64,000 nt of DNA, from contig DASTPZ010000131.1 of assembly GCA_035761965.1 (NCBI GenBank), forward strand, positions 1,925 to 65,924, in the 5' to 3' direction. The position numbers and the translations under genes were made by a program. Each line of letters begins with the position of its first letter. The first letter of the stretch is position 1. The DNA is from Flavisolibacter sp. Lineage in GTDB: Bacteria > Bacteroidota > Bacteroidia > Chitinophagales > Chitinophagaceae. Shown piece after piece: positions 1 to 9,942 of this stretch. A model generated the notes under the pieces. That model did not search any database. It saw only the letters and a program-made list of their open reading frames with translations, and was not told the DNA's origin.

Positions 1-585
1 ACCGAGGGGCTTGTCGTCTTTCCACGAAACCATTTCGGGGAACTGGCTGTCGGCCGTTCCGGTATACAAGCGAAGCTCGTTATGCCATACACCCGGGTTA
101 CCGCCCCCGACGGTTTTAAGGAAGATGGGGTTGCTCTGGTTCTTTACATAACCGGTAAGGCAAAGCCTGAACTCATTCTTTTCCATGCTTTTTTCGTCGA
201 GGATGCTATAAAGATTGAACTGCGCATAGTCAGAGGCATCGCAGCCTTTGAGACAAAGCTGCTGGCTGTTGTAGGTGCTTTCGGTATTTCCCTTGGGACC
301 TATGGAAAAAAGCAGGAGACTTCGCTTCGAAACGCTCCCGTCGGGATTGTTTTTTCTCGACACCACTACGTGATTCTTGACCGCATCCTGGAACTGCACA
401 TAGAGCCAGAGAGAATCACCATCGGTAACTTCGGTAACAGCATGGGCCGCCGCTGTGCTGTAATCGGGGTAGGCTGCTTTAGCCAGCACCATTTTGGCCG
501 GTGTTTTCTGCGAGAATGCCGCAATCGAAATAAGAAGAGAGGAAAGGATCATCAGTTTTCCAAGCGTAATCGATCTTGTTGACAT
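1..585 (-). CDS. Hypothetical secreted protein, 3' end runs off the window
   Basis: Hand translation of the minus strand from ATG at 585 is open to the window edge: MSTRSITLGKLMILSSLLISIAAFSQKTPAK..., a Bacteroidota-style signal peptide (AFS-Q). Missing from the ORF track because it has no stop in the window. Confidence 0.75.
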   Translation of the reverse strand, partial: MSTRSITLGKLMILSSLLISIAAFSQKTPAKMVLAKAAYPDYSTAAAHAVTEVTDGDSLWLYVQFQDAVKNHVVVSRKNNPDGSVSKRSLLLFSIGPKGNTESTYNSQQLCLKGCDASDYAQFNLYSILDEKSMEKNEFRLCLTGYVKNQSNPIFLKTVGGGNPGVWHNELRLYTGTADSQFPEMVSWKDDKPLG

Positions 586-941
586 AGGTAATTTTTTTGC
601 GATGCTGGGCGCAAAGAAAAGATCCTTTATGCAGGATTTAAAGCGCCAGCAGCCTGCATTTCAGCGATATGCGGATTAGTTAACTTAAGTTAAAAAGCCG
701 GCAGCTTTCTTATTTGAGACGCAGCGGTTCAGCGGGATTGGATAAGAAGCATCATATAAAGAATGTATGACAATATCTCTGCCGCGCAAACCAAACCTCT
801 TTCTTTCTAAAGATCAAAGTATGGATGATAGGGGAAGCTTTACTGTCTTAAAGAGACAATGAAGCGTACCAGTACATTACCTGTTTGAATCCATATAGAT
901 AGTATTTACTTTTAAGCATTGCCCTGACAGGTAAATAAAAG

Positions 942-1463
942 ATGAAAATCATACTGCTTTTCCTATGCCTTTCGATCCCATCGGCCTTACTGGCACAGAA
1001 CAGCCTTGTTGCATCGCAGCAGGCGCTCGTAGGAACAAGGATCGACAGCCTCGCCATGACCGGCTTTCTTTTGAACGAACCCGCGGAAAAAGACTTCAGC
1101 CGGAAGTTCAAAGTGATCGAATTCTGGGCTACCTGGTGCAGGCCCTGTCTTGCCGCAGTGCCCCATCTTAACAAGCTGCAGGAAAAATTCAGGGATTCGA
1201 ACATTGTTTTTTTATCTGTTACAGATGAGAAGCCAAAACAGACCGAAGAAACATTTCGCAAGGTAAAATTCGAAACCATTGTTGCAAGCGATACAACCAG
1301 GAGAACGCATCGTGCACTGAGGATAGATCATAATGGCACCATGGTGCTGCCAAGAACGGTTCTGGTCGACAACGAGAACAGGATCATCTGGTATGGCTCG
1401 CCTCTAAAACTTACAGAAAAGCTTATCAGGCGTTTTCTTGCCGGAGAGCTTACAGCAGAATGA
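942..1463 (+). CDS. TlpA/ResA-like thioredoxin-family disulfide reductase, exported
   Basis: Signal peptide; EFWATWCRPC active site; cis-Pro LPRTVLVD motif. Confidence 0.9.
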   Translation: MKIILLFLCLSIPSALLAQNSLVASQQALVGTRIDSLAMTGFLLNEPAEKDFSRKFKVIEFWATWCRPCLAAVPHLNKLQEKFRDSNIVFLSVTDEKPKQTEETFRKVKFETIVASDTTRRTHRALRIDHNGTMVLPRTVLVDNENRIIWYGSPLKLTEKLIRRFLAGELTAE

Positions 1464-1584
1464 TCCGACCCGTCTAGTTTCAGGCAAAGCCTGGTGATCC
1501 GGTATACTGGCTTATTCATCGCTTATTGAACCAAACTCCAAAAGGGCTTTGCATTCTTAAAATTGGTTGACAAAATATCCATAA

Positions 1585-1620
1585 AACACAAAAGGCTGGA
1601 AGTTTCCAGCCTTTTGTGTT
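1585..1620. terminator. Bidirectional intrinsic terminator
   Basis: Perfect inverted repeat AACACAAAAGGCTGGAA-GT-TTCCAGCCTTTTGTGTT between convergent genes. Confidence 0.85.
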
Positions 1621-1637
1621 GCGTTGTCGTGGTATCG

Positions 1638-4073
1638 TTATTTGGTGATAACCAGTCTTGATATTTCGTCGTTGATACGGATAACATACACACCTGCGGG
1701 TAAGCGGCTCACGTCGATGTTCAGCTGCTGCTGGCCGGTGAACTGCTCGTTATGAACACGGTTGCCTGCTGCATCGATGATTTGTACATGGAGCTTCCCA
1801 ACACCCTGTGCGGCGCGTATGGTGATGCGGTTGCTGGCCGGATTGGGAGCTACCGTGTAAGCTGCAGCCCTGGCCTGGTTAATTGCTACGGGTGAAGAGT
1901 ATTCGGATGAGCCGTCTCCATCCGCCATCTTGAGGCGGTAGTAGCTTGTGCCGCCAAGAGGCGACAGATCGGTAAATGAATAGTCTGAAGGATTGCCATT
2001 GGCATTTACTCTTCCGAGGCTTTGATAGGAAAGCCCATTGGCCGAACGCTCAACTTCAAAATAATCTGAGTTGATCTCCTCGCTTGTTTTCCAGCTTACG
2101 AGTGTTCTTCCATTGTTCAGCGTGGCCTTGAAATCGACAAGCTTTACCGGCAGGGGTGCGCTTTCGGGTCTTGTGAGCCAGATGGGCGCGGTGATCATTT
2201 TCTGCCCGTCGGCCTGGGTAATCACTGCATAATAATACCAGGTCTCGCCTGCACCCTGGGTAGTGGTAAAAGAGGTATTGTCGATGGCCGTATGAATAAG
2301 CGTTGCATCAGTTCCGCCCACACGTCCGCCATAAACCTGGATGGCACTGATGCCTTCACCATCGGCATCGGTATGGTTCACGGTGGCAGTAAGGTTGCCG
2401 ACACTCAGGATTGAGCTGCCCATGATAAAATCGTTCATCTTGAACGAAATAGCCGCATTGTAATCGTTGGATGCATAAACACGCATGGCCCTGATGCCAT
2501 TTACCAAGGCTTCCCTTGTCCTTTCTTTTGAAAGTACTACCATCCTGTTCTGGTTGGCCGTGCCAAAGGTCATTTCGTGGTTGTCCTGGTCCATTTGAGC
2601 GGCCACGCGGTATCCGCGCCTGAGCAGGTTCCTGTAATAGTTGATATAGGCCAGCGAAGAGGGATAATCGCTATAGCTGGTATTGGTTGTGAATGCTGGT
2701 CCCGACTCTATTGCCACGCTTACTACGGCGCTGTCGGCTATGCCCTTGTAACCACCGGTCAAACCGGTAAAGTCGGAAGTATTCGGGTGTGCCAGTGTTG
2801 CAAAAGCACCTGCGTGGTTCCTTACGCTGTCGAAAAGGGTGATGTAATCGCCCTTGATCACCAGGATATCGTAATTGCCCGGCTCCCAGTTGATCAGACT
2901 GTCCTTGAAGCCGTAAACCAGCACGTGGCCGCCGCCCGAAATGGTTCCCCATTCCATGCCGTAAAGGGTGATAAAGGGCAGGCCGGCAATATTGGGCTGT
3001 CCGTTAACCGACTCGGCCTGTGCATATCCCAGTTTATAATCTGCGATCTGCAGACCGGCTGTTGAGTGGTTGTGTTCCGATATGCCGAGGAAATCCATAC
3101 CGGCCGCGTTGCGCGCATAATTATAATCGTCGATGGGCTGCAGAGTCGAAGGTCTTCCATCGGAATGTGTAGAGTGGCCATGAAGGTTGCCGTACAAGTG
3201 AAGAAAGCCGCTGTCGATGGCTACCTGGTGCTGAAAAATGGGTGTAGAGGTTGATGTATTGGTAGGCGTTCCGGTACCACCGCCTGTGCCGCCCCCGGTC
3301 GTGGTGGCGCCACTGGTAAGCGTACCGGGTGAAAGACCTGCAGAGATTGAGAACTCGTCTATGGACAGGCCATCATCGGAGCCTGGCGTGTCTGAATCTG
3401 ACCAACGGATGAGGATGCTGCCGCCGGGGGCCAGGTTAATGCCGGTGATGGTATAGCTGACAGAACGCCTGTTGGCTGCATCATCTCCTACGAGTGCACT
3501 TGCCGTACCCGAGGTAATTATGGATGAAAGATTGAGCTCCGGAACCGAAACCCAGGTGCCGGGCGCAGTATTAGCAATGCTGTTGGCATCGAGGCTGTAG
3601 CTGAAAGGAATGATATCAGCCGTACCTGCAGGGCGGTTGGTGGAATTACCGCCAAAGCGCCATTGCTCTATCACAAAGGAAATGGTGATGGATGTGATGG
3701 GGTTGTCGGTCTCGTTAAAGAAGATGGCGCCGATGGTAGGCGAGTTGCCTCCTGAGCCCAGACTGCCCAGGGCCCTGTCAGTGCCATTCAATATACCATA
3801 GCTGTAGGCATTGCCAGTATTGCTGCTGCCGTTGTTGACCACATAACGCCCGTCTGCAGCTCCGCCCGATCCTACCTCATAGATGCCCCAGCCCTCGGGC
3901 AGGTTGTTGAAAGTGCCCGATCCCGCTGTGGTGATGGTGTCGAAGTTTTGTGTGTACTGGGCCTCTGCTGCAATACAGAGCATAAAAAATAAGGCAGTGA
4001 CATAGGATGCAGGACGAGGCCTGAGGTTCAAGGCACGACGGTGCCCTGACATGAGCAGGTAGAATTTTATCAT
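1638..4073 (-). CDS. T9SS type A-sorted protein with a PHP-like (CehA/McbA-type) metallohydrolase domain
   Basis: HGHSTHSDG, ISEHNH, LAHP and DQDNH metal motifs; Gly/Thr linker; PLPVKLVDF Ig-like domain; C-terminal APNPA...LPAGVYVIRI...LVITK sorting domain. Confidence 0.85.
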   Translation of the reverse strand: MIKFYLLMSGHRRALNLRPRPASYVTALFFMLCIAAEAQYTQNFDTITTAGSGTFNNLPEGWGIYEVGSGGAADGRYVVNNGSSNTGNAYSYGILNGTDRALGSLGSGGNSPTIGAIFFNETDNPITSITISFVIEQWRFGGNSTNRPAGTADIIPFSYSLDANSIANTAPGTWVSVPELNLSSIITSGTASALVGDDAANRRSVSYTITGINLAPGGSILIRWSDSDTPGSDDGLSIDEFSISAGLSPGTLTSGATTTGGGTGGGTGTPTNTSTSTPIFQHQVAIDSGFLHLYGNLHGHSTHSDGRPSTLQPIDDYNYARNAAGMDFLGISEHNHSTAGLQIADYKLGYAQAESVNGQPNIAGLPFITLYGMEWGTISGGGHVLVYGFKDSLINWEPGNYDILVIKGDYITLFDSVRNHAGAFATLAHPNTSDFTGLTGGYKGIADSAVVSVAIESGPAFTTNTSYSDYPSSLAYINYYRNLLRRGYRVAAQMDQDNHEMTFGTANQNRMVVLSKERTREALVNGIRAMRVYASNDYNAAISFKMNDFIMGSSILSVGNLTATVNHTDADGEGISAIQVYGGRVGGTDATLIHTAIDNTSFTTTQGAGETWYYYAVITQADGQKMITAPIWLTRPESAPLPVKLVDFKATLNNGRTLVSWKTSEEINSDYFEVERSANGLSYQSLGRVNANGNPSDYSFTDLSPLGGTSYYRLKMADGDGSSEYSSPVAINQARAAAYTVAPNPASNRITIRAAQGVGKLHVQIIDAAGNRVHNEQFTGQQQLNIDVSRLPAGVYVIRINDEISRLVITK

Positions 4074-4434
4074 GTAGGTTGTTTTAACTGGCCGAAGGCT
4101 TAGTCAGAGGAGAATGGTTAGCGAGTTTATTCAGGGATGGTTGGAGCGGTGCTGGCGGCAAATATAAGCTGCCAACTTACGTGGCAATATGATCTATATG
4201 TTAAGCACTTGGCGGACCCGGCCCTGATTATCACACTATTCGTGCTTTTTAAGCTTATACAGTCTGTTGGAAGAATCTGTCGGAAAACTGTTAAGCAATA
4301 TTTCTTGACCACCATCAAGATTCGTTCTTTTGTTACAGCAAAAAAAGAGCCCTGCATTTGCATGCAGAGCCCGGTTGTTAGGTGGTATGTGAAGGATTCA
4401 ATAATGAATCTCCCACTTGATAGACGGTTGACCG

Positions 4435-6921
4435 CTAGGTCCGGTTGAGCTCCTCGATCGCTGTTCGCTGCTTCACGTTTACTTTCTGACCCTTGCTGAA
4501 ATTATACCGAAGGGTGAGACCGATGCTGCGCAGCCGGAAGTACTGGTTAAAATCATTTACGTTGCCATTGATATCGGTGGTCCATAAATAACGGAAGCCT
4601 TTGAAGATGTCATTTGCATTGAGTGTTACGTCGAGCTTCTTGTTGAAGAAGCTGCGTTTGAGTCCAAGGTCGGTCCGGTGCATGGAAGCGATACGGTAAA
4701 GACCCGAAGCTGCAGGACCGCGATACATGAGGTTTACTTCCAGGCGCAGCTCTTTTGGCAGCAGGATGGTATGGTTGCTTTGGATCAGGAAGAAGAGCTG
4801 CTCATTTTCGAGCTTACCATTGTTGGAAACAAAGCTGAATTTATTGTAAGAGAGAACAAGAGTATTCTGCGAATCCCATTTCTTGCTGATCTTGACGGGA
4901 GCGATACCCGTCATGCCTATGCTTTGCCCGTCATTCACATTACCCGTCGTGTAAACGGTGAGCGTATCATCCACGTAAAGAAGCGGTATCTCGGAGATCA
5001 CATCTTTTTGAAGCTGATAGCTGAGGGTAATGTTATACCGCTGCCTGATCACTTGTGCTATGCTGAATGAGTGGGTATACTGGGGGCGCAGTGCCGTGTT
5101 TCCTTCGTACCAGGTGTAGGGATCACGATAAGCCCTGAAAGGATTGAGGGATCCATAATTGGGACGGTTGAGCCGGCGGCTGTAGCTATAATTGAGCCCG
5201 TAATTATTGCTCACTTTCTGCTGAAGAAAAACACTGGGGAAAAGATTGGTATAGTTGCGTGGCGTTCGCTGTCCCGTGGTAATGGAATTGCCCAGCGATG
5301 CTGTGTGCTCCAGCCTTAGTCCGGCCTGAAGGGTAAGCTTGCTGCTTACCGGCCCGCTCCAGTTGGCATAACCGGCATAGATCTTTTCGCGATAGATAAA
5401 ATAATTGGTGCGGGAAGGATCGGGTACGCGAACACCATTGTTGAAATAAAAGCTGAAATCATTATCCGAGTCGATGCTGCTCGCTCGGCCGCCAAGCTCC
5501 AGTTTGCGCCCTTGCTTCAGGGGCTTGCTGAAATCTATGCGGAGTGAATAGATATCGAATTTATTGGGTGTATTGTTGTAGAGAAGGTCCTGTGTTTGCT
5601 GCCCCGACGAAAGGTCGCGGTAGTAATTGTTTAGAAAGGCCTCACCCCGGTTCTGGATCCGTACATAATCGAAATCGGCAGACAGCGTGGTGCCCAGGGT
5701 ATCCAGCTTTCCCGTGTAGTGAAGGTTACCGGTGAAGTTGGAAAATGTATTCGAGTTGAAATTATCGGCGTCGATGAATTGAGAAGGCTTCTTCGGCGCA
5801 TCGCCAATGAGGGTCTCGGTAAGGAAATCAGCACGCAGCGTATTGGTATTGTAATAGCCCATGAAGCCGATGGTATGACGGTCATTTAGGCTGTAATCGG
5901 CACCTAATCGCACAGATGGCGGGCCTTCTACGCGAAAATTACCGGTAGCCGTCTGATCGAAGTAGGTGGTATTGGTGCCATAAAAAACCCTTGTGAAAAC
6001 GCCATTGCGCCCGCCTTCGCGGTGGTTGAAGTCGGACATGAGAAAAGCATTCCAACGGCCGCTTTTGACATTGAGGTTGCCACCGGCGGAATAGCTGTGC
6101 TGCCCGTAAAAATTATATGCCTCGGAAATAAACACGCTGCCATTGATGCCCTGCCGGGTATTCTTTTTGAGGTTGATGTTAAGGATGCCCGAAGTACCCT
6201 CGGCATCGTACTTGGCAGAAGGATTGGTAATGATCTCGATGTTCTTGATGTTCTCAGCCGACATACTTTCAAGCATCGTGCGCAGGTCGCGGGCGGAAAG
6301 ATAGGTTAGCTTGCCATCGAGCATGATGGTTACGCCGCTTCGCCCATTGAGCTGGATGTTGCCTTCGGGATCAATAAAAACACCCGGCGCCCTGGCCAGC
6401 ACGGCAAAGGCTGAATTACCCGCGGCCATCGCCGTTCCTTCCACGCTTACCACCAGCCTGTCTGCCATCTGTACAATGGAGGGCCGCAGGGCCGTAACGC
6501 TTACTTCTTTTAAAGCCTGCACATCGGGCTTTAATGCAATAGTGCCGAAGTCGCGGGTAAAGGCAGGATCTCTCACATCAAATGCAGGCAATGTATGCGG
6601 GGCATAACCAATAGCTGTGAAACGCAGCAGGTAGTGGCCCGGGGTCAATCGCACCAGTGAGAATTTTCCCTCCTTGTCGGTAACCGCCCCGGCAGCCAGC
6701 GAGCTATCAGCCGCTTTCAGCAGCGAAACATTGACAAAGGCCAGGGCCCCACCCTTGTCATCGGTGATGCGGCCCGTGATAGTGCCGCCCTGCCCCGCGG
6801 CCTGGCTAAAAATAAAAAGGCAGCATAATAACCATATAAGCTGGCTTTTTCTCCTGAAGATATTGTTGTGAAGCAGTCGCTTTGCTATTAACAGATCGCT
6901 TTCCCGTGTGTGTGCTAACAT
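4435..6921 (-). CDS. Outer-membrane beta-barrel / TonB-dependent receptor-like protein with N-terminal carboxypeptidase-regulatory-like domain
   Basis: ITGRITD..LAFVNVSL; plug motif IEIITNPSAKYDAEG; YSRRLNRP; ends LRYNF plus a short tail. Start is uncertain (ORF extends to 7014). Confidence 0.85.
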   Translation of the reverse strand: MLAHTRESDLLIAKRLLHNNIFRRKSQLIWLLCCLFIFSQAAGQGGTITGRITDDKGGALAFVNVSLLKAADSSLAAGAVTDKEGKFSLVRLTPGHYLLRFTAIGYAPHTLPAFDVRDPAFTRDFGTIALKPDVQALKEVSVTALRPSIVQMADRLVVSVEGTAMAAGNSAFAVLARAPGVFIDPEGNIQLNGRSGVTIMLDGKLTYLSARDLRTMLESMSAENIKNIEIITNPSAKYDAEGTSGILNINLKKNTRQGINGSVFISEAYNFYGQHSYSAGGNLNVKSGRWNAFLMSDFNHREGGRNGVFTRVFYGTNTTYFDQTATGNFRVEGPPSVRLGADYSLNDRHTIGFMGYYNTNTLRADFLTETLIGDAPKKPSQFIDADNFNSNTFSNFTGNLHYTGKLDTLGTTLSADFDYVRIQNRGEAFLNNYYRDLSSGQQTQDLLYNNTPNKFDIYSLRIDFSKPLKQGRKLELGGRASSIDSDNDFSFYFNNGVRVPDPSRTNYFIYREKIYAGYANWSGPVSSKLTLQAGLRLEHTASLGNSITTGQRTPRNYTNLFPSVFLQQKVSNNYGLNYSYSRRLNRPNYGSLNPFRAYRDPYTWYEGNTALRPQYTHSFSIAQVIRQRYNITLSYQLQKDVISEIPLLYVDDTLTVYTTGNVNDGQSIGMTGIAPVKISKKWDSQNTLVLSYNKFSFVSNNGKLENEQLFFLIQSNHTILLPKELRLEVNLMYRGPAASGLYRIASMHRTDLGLKRSFFNKKLDVTLNANDIFKGFRYLWTTDINGNVNDFNQYFRLRSIGLTLRYNFSKGQKVNVKQRTAIEELNRT

Positions 6922-7176
6922 AAGATCAAAATAAGCCAGGCTGGCGCTTTTCCCTTTACCACTCATCAAATTATACGAAACTATTCGTGCAAGCACAGCA
7001 GTATGGAAAGTCATCGTGGGATCAGCAAGGCTTCATTACAGGGCATCAAAGCAGCGGACCTGTCGATAGAGAAAAGTAAATGGGGCAGATCAGAATACCC
7101 GAACGTCAGATGCAACCAAACTGTGCAACCCAATATTGCAATTTGTCAATACAATCTATGACAGTTGAAAAAAAAG

Positions 7177-8313
7177 TTACCTGGGTGCTGATGAGTTGTT
7201 TACATGCCTTAGCTTTAGCACAGCAGCCTCGATAACCGGGTCCGAACCTTTTTCCAGGTCCTGTCCTGTATTCCTGACCACCAGGTCGACTGGCGTACCC
7301 CTGCCTTCATAACAGATCATATCAGCATCATAATACCGCTGGTTCGAAAGCGATACCTGCCATCCGTTGGGCAGTTCAAAACCATACATATCCGAGTAGA
7401 TGCCCAGGGTATTGTCACCAACCAGCGTTACCCGTAGCAAGACGCTCATGATCATAGCCAGCACATCGCCGGCACTGGCCGTCTGGTCGTTGGTGAGCAT
7501 TATAACCTGACCGTTGAATGGCCTTTTGCCGAGAGGTTCTATATACCAGTTCTCCAATGGACCAAATTCTTCGTAACCACCTGTTCTGGTCTGTTTTGAA
7601 TGCCCCTTTGTTCGCTTGCTTGCAAAACGCCCGGCAATGGCATAAGCAAACTCATCGTTACCACCGATATTGTTTCTTACATCGAGCAGGATCGCTTTTA
7701 CGCCCTGCAGTTGCGTCAAGACCGAATCGAGTATACGCCCGGCCAGCTGCGCATCAACCTTAGGGCTATCCACCGTTTCTCTCGACACAAAACACCTGCC
7801 TATGCGCAAGTATGCCCATTCTCTACTGCGCGAGAAATAGAACAGATTTTTTCCGCGATGTTCGGGGCCTATGCCCACCGGTTGGCTGAAACCCTTCCTC
7901 ACCAAGCTGCTGTCAACCATAGTCCAAAACTTCGCCCTCGAAGCCTGGTCCGGGAACTCCTGCATGAAATGTGATGGCTTTCTTGCTGTAAACTGCTTTT
8001 TGCCTGGAACGATGATATTGATGTGGTCGTCCTGGAAAGGACCAACCATTTGCGAAAGAATAGAGAACAGGCTGTCGTCGGAGATATTGGCATCGACTTT
8101 TGAGCGCCAGTCCCGGTATGCTGCCTGCCAGTCGATCTTTCGCAGGCTAAAAAAAGCATAATTGTCTTCAAAGGTCTGCCAGAATACCTCGAAAGATCTT
8201 TCAGGAAGGGAAAGATTTGTGTCTTTTACAGCAGCGGCCGGATTTTGAGCGGCGCTCTTTCCACTATATATGACAGCAAAGAAAATGAACAGGATGCTTA
8301 AACGTTTGAGCAT
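7177..8313 (-). CDS. S41 family peptidase (tricorn/IRBP-like), exported
   Basis: Signal peptide; FEVFWQTFEDNYAFF; DVRNNIGG; TASAGD catalytic Ser motif; GTPVD. Confidence 0.9.
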   Translation of the reverse strand: MLKRLSILFIFFAVIYSGKSAAQNPAAAVKDTNLSLPERSFEVFWQTFEDNYAFFSLRKIDWQAAYRDWRSKVDANISDDSLFSILSQMVGPFQDDHINIIVPGKKQFTARKPSHFMQEFPDQASRAKFWTMVDSSLVRKGFSQPVGIGPEHRGKNLFYFSRSREWAYLRIGRCFVSRETVDSPKVDAQLAGRILDSVLTQLQGVKAILLDVRNNIGGNDEFAYAIAGRFASKRTKGHSKQTRTGGYEEFGPLENWYIEPLGKRPFNGQVIMLTNDQTASAGDVLAMIMSVLLRVTLVGDNTLGIYSDMYGFELPNGWQVSLSNQRYYDADMICYEGRGTPVDLVVRNTGQDLEKGSDPVIEAAVLKLRHVNNSSAPR

Positions 8314-8329
8314 GGAGAGGTTTTAATTG

Positions 8330-8356
8330 AAACGGCCGGTAGCGTCATAATGTTAC
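8330..8356 (-). promoter_or_regulatory. Putative ECF sigma promoter for the S41 peptidase
   Basis: Minus strand CGTAAC-N17-CGTT about 17 nt upstream of the ATG matches the AAC/CGT ECF pattern. Confidence 0.35.
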
Positions 8357-8602
8357 GGGCCGGTGCTGTTTATGAAAGGAGCTGCTTCTGCAGCGCTGTA
8401 TCCTGAGCATTGCCTGCTCAAAAATCATGCTGGTCAGCTACTGCAAACAATGATGAAACCGCTTGCCTGATGCAAGTTGTGTCGTTGGCTTCCCGAAAAA
8501 GCATGGTCTAACGCGAAACCTAAAGTTCATGTCCGAAGCAAATGCCCTGGTTCAGGTTGACCCATAGCGAGAGGGCAATGAGCTTACCTGAGACAATCCT
8601 CT

Positions 8603-9067
8603 TTAAAACCCTCTCCAGGCAGGCCTTTGCACCATGGGTGAAAAAGGCCAGGGCACAGATGAAAGGATCAGCAGCAATGCGATGGTATACCAGATGGCCA
8701 TGGTGCGGAATTTTTCGCGATCGCCTGTCCTTCGTTTTGCCTTTGCCGAACCAATAGTAAGCACCGTAATGGCAATAAACATCATTAGGCTGTGCTCCAT
8801 GCCAAAGAACCGGATGGGCCGGTAGGCTACCGCCTGTTTGAAATTCTGGAGGAAGTAGCGGATGATGGGGCTGATAAAGTACAGTCCCAATCCCAGCAGC
8901 AGCTGCACATGAGCGATAGTGGCGGTAAGATGCCGCACGAGGTTGTGGTGAGCAGTGAAGGCCAGTCTTCCCCGCCATCCCCTGAACGCAATGAAGATGG
9001 CATAGAGCAGGGAAAGCAACACGAGCCAACGCGTGAGCGAATGCAGGGCCAGGAGAGTGTTGTACAT
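8603..9067 (-). CDS. Four-TM membrane protein (cytochrome b-like Bacteroidota family)
   Basis: MYNTLLALHSLTRW; conserved His in AHVQLLLG and EHSLMM; ends SVPWPFSP. Confidence 0.8.
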   Translation of the reverse strand: MYNTLLALHSLTRWLVLLSLLYAIFIAFRGWRGRLAFTAHHNLVRHLTATIAHVQLLLGLGLYFISPIIRYFLQNFKQAVAYRPIRFFGMEHSLMMFIAITVLTIGSAKAKRRTGDREKFRTMAIWYTIALLLILSSVPWPFSPMVQRPAWRGF

Positions 9068-9120
9068 ATCAGTCCGTTTTGATAAGGATACCTTGCAGCT
9101 TAGGGCTGAAAGGCTCCCAA

Positions 9121-9156
9121 AATTATAAAACATACCGGATAGTATGTTTTATAATT
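9121..9156. promoter_or_regulatory. Palindromic operator, likely bound by the adjacent TetR
   Basis: AATTATAAAACATAC-CGGATA-GTATGTTTTATAATT, a 15-bp perfect inverted repeat between the TetR stop and the membrane gene start. Confidence 0.65.
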
Positions 9157-9161
9157 GTCAT

Positions 9162-9764
9162 TTATCCCAGTCCTTCAAGGTAGCGTTTGAGCTCAGCCAG
9201 GTAGGTTTTATAGCTGCTGCGTCCTGCCAGCTTGCCGAGGTTACGTATGCCGCTGTAGCCCGAGGTGATAAAACAGGCCACGCCTTTCGGACTTACATCA
9301 TGCCTTATCTGCCGCCGCTTCTTGCCTTTTTGTATACAGGCAGCGATCGCTTTTTGCCATTCCAGCACCAGCTCTGCCAGCAAGCAGCGGAAGGCTTCAT
9401 TAACCGGGGCCATTTCCTCTATGAGGTTCACAGCGGGGCAGCCGTACTGTACCCGGAAAAGCGGGTGTTTCATCAGGATCGTTTCCATCATGAGATAGAT
9501 CGATTTGATGGGCTCTTCGCTTTGCTGCAGGGGCAGGATCATAACGGAGCGCATATCGGGCTGCATGATCTCGCTGATCATGGCCAGTCCCATCTTTTCC
9601 TTGTTCCTGAAGTGATAAAAAAAAGCGCCCTTTGTTACTTCGGTTGTTGCCAATATCTCATCTATGCTGGTGGCCTGGTAGCCTTTTGCATAGATCAGCT
9701 CAAAAGCTTTCTGCAACAAAGCCTTCCTGGTTCTGGCGGCTTTCGATACCGGTTGTGCTGGCAT
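9162..9764 (-). CDS. TetR/AcrR family transcriptional regulator
   Basis: HTH KGYQATSIDEIL...VTKGAFFYHFRNKE; GCP motif. Start taken as MPAQP at 9764. Confidence 0.9.
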   Translation of the reverse strand: MPAQPVSKAARTRKALLQKAFELIYAKGYQATSIDEILATTEVTKGAFFYHFRNKEKMGLAMISEIMQPDMRSVMILPLQQSEEPIKSIYLMMETILMKHPLFRVQYGCPAVNLIEEMAPVNEAFRCLLAELVLEWQKAIAACIQKGKKRRQIRHDVSPKGVACFITSGYSGIRNLGKLAGRSSYKTYLAELKRYLEGLG

Positions 9765-9942
9765 GAGCCAAATGTAGCCAAAGCAGGTCAATGTTAGGAG
9801 CTTCGGAACCCTGACAGCGCCTTGAATCAATGAGCAACCCACCATCAACTGTGGGACGAAAAAGCGCCGAAAGCCGTGTTTGTTTGAACATTTCAACAGT
9901 TTGTATGTTTGGCTATCCAAACACCAGTTTAAACCGATTTCG

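Noticed and set aside
82-582. 166-aa plus-strand ORF
   Set aside because: Antisense shadow of the minus-strand secreted protein at 1-585
7112-7131. TGCAACC direct repeat
   Set aside because: Two 7-mers only; could be chance and has no supporting context
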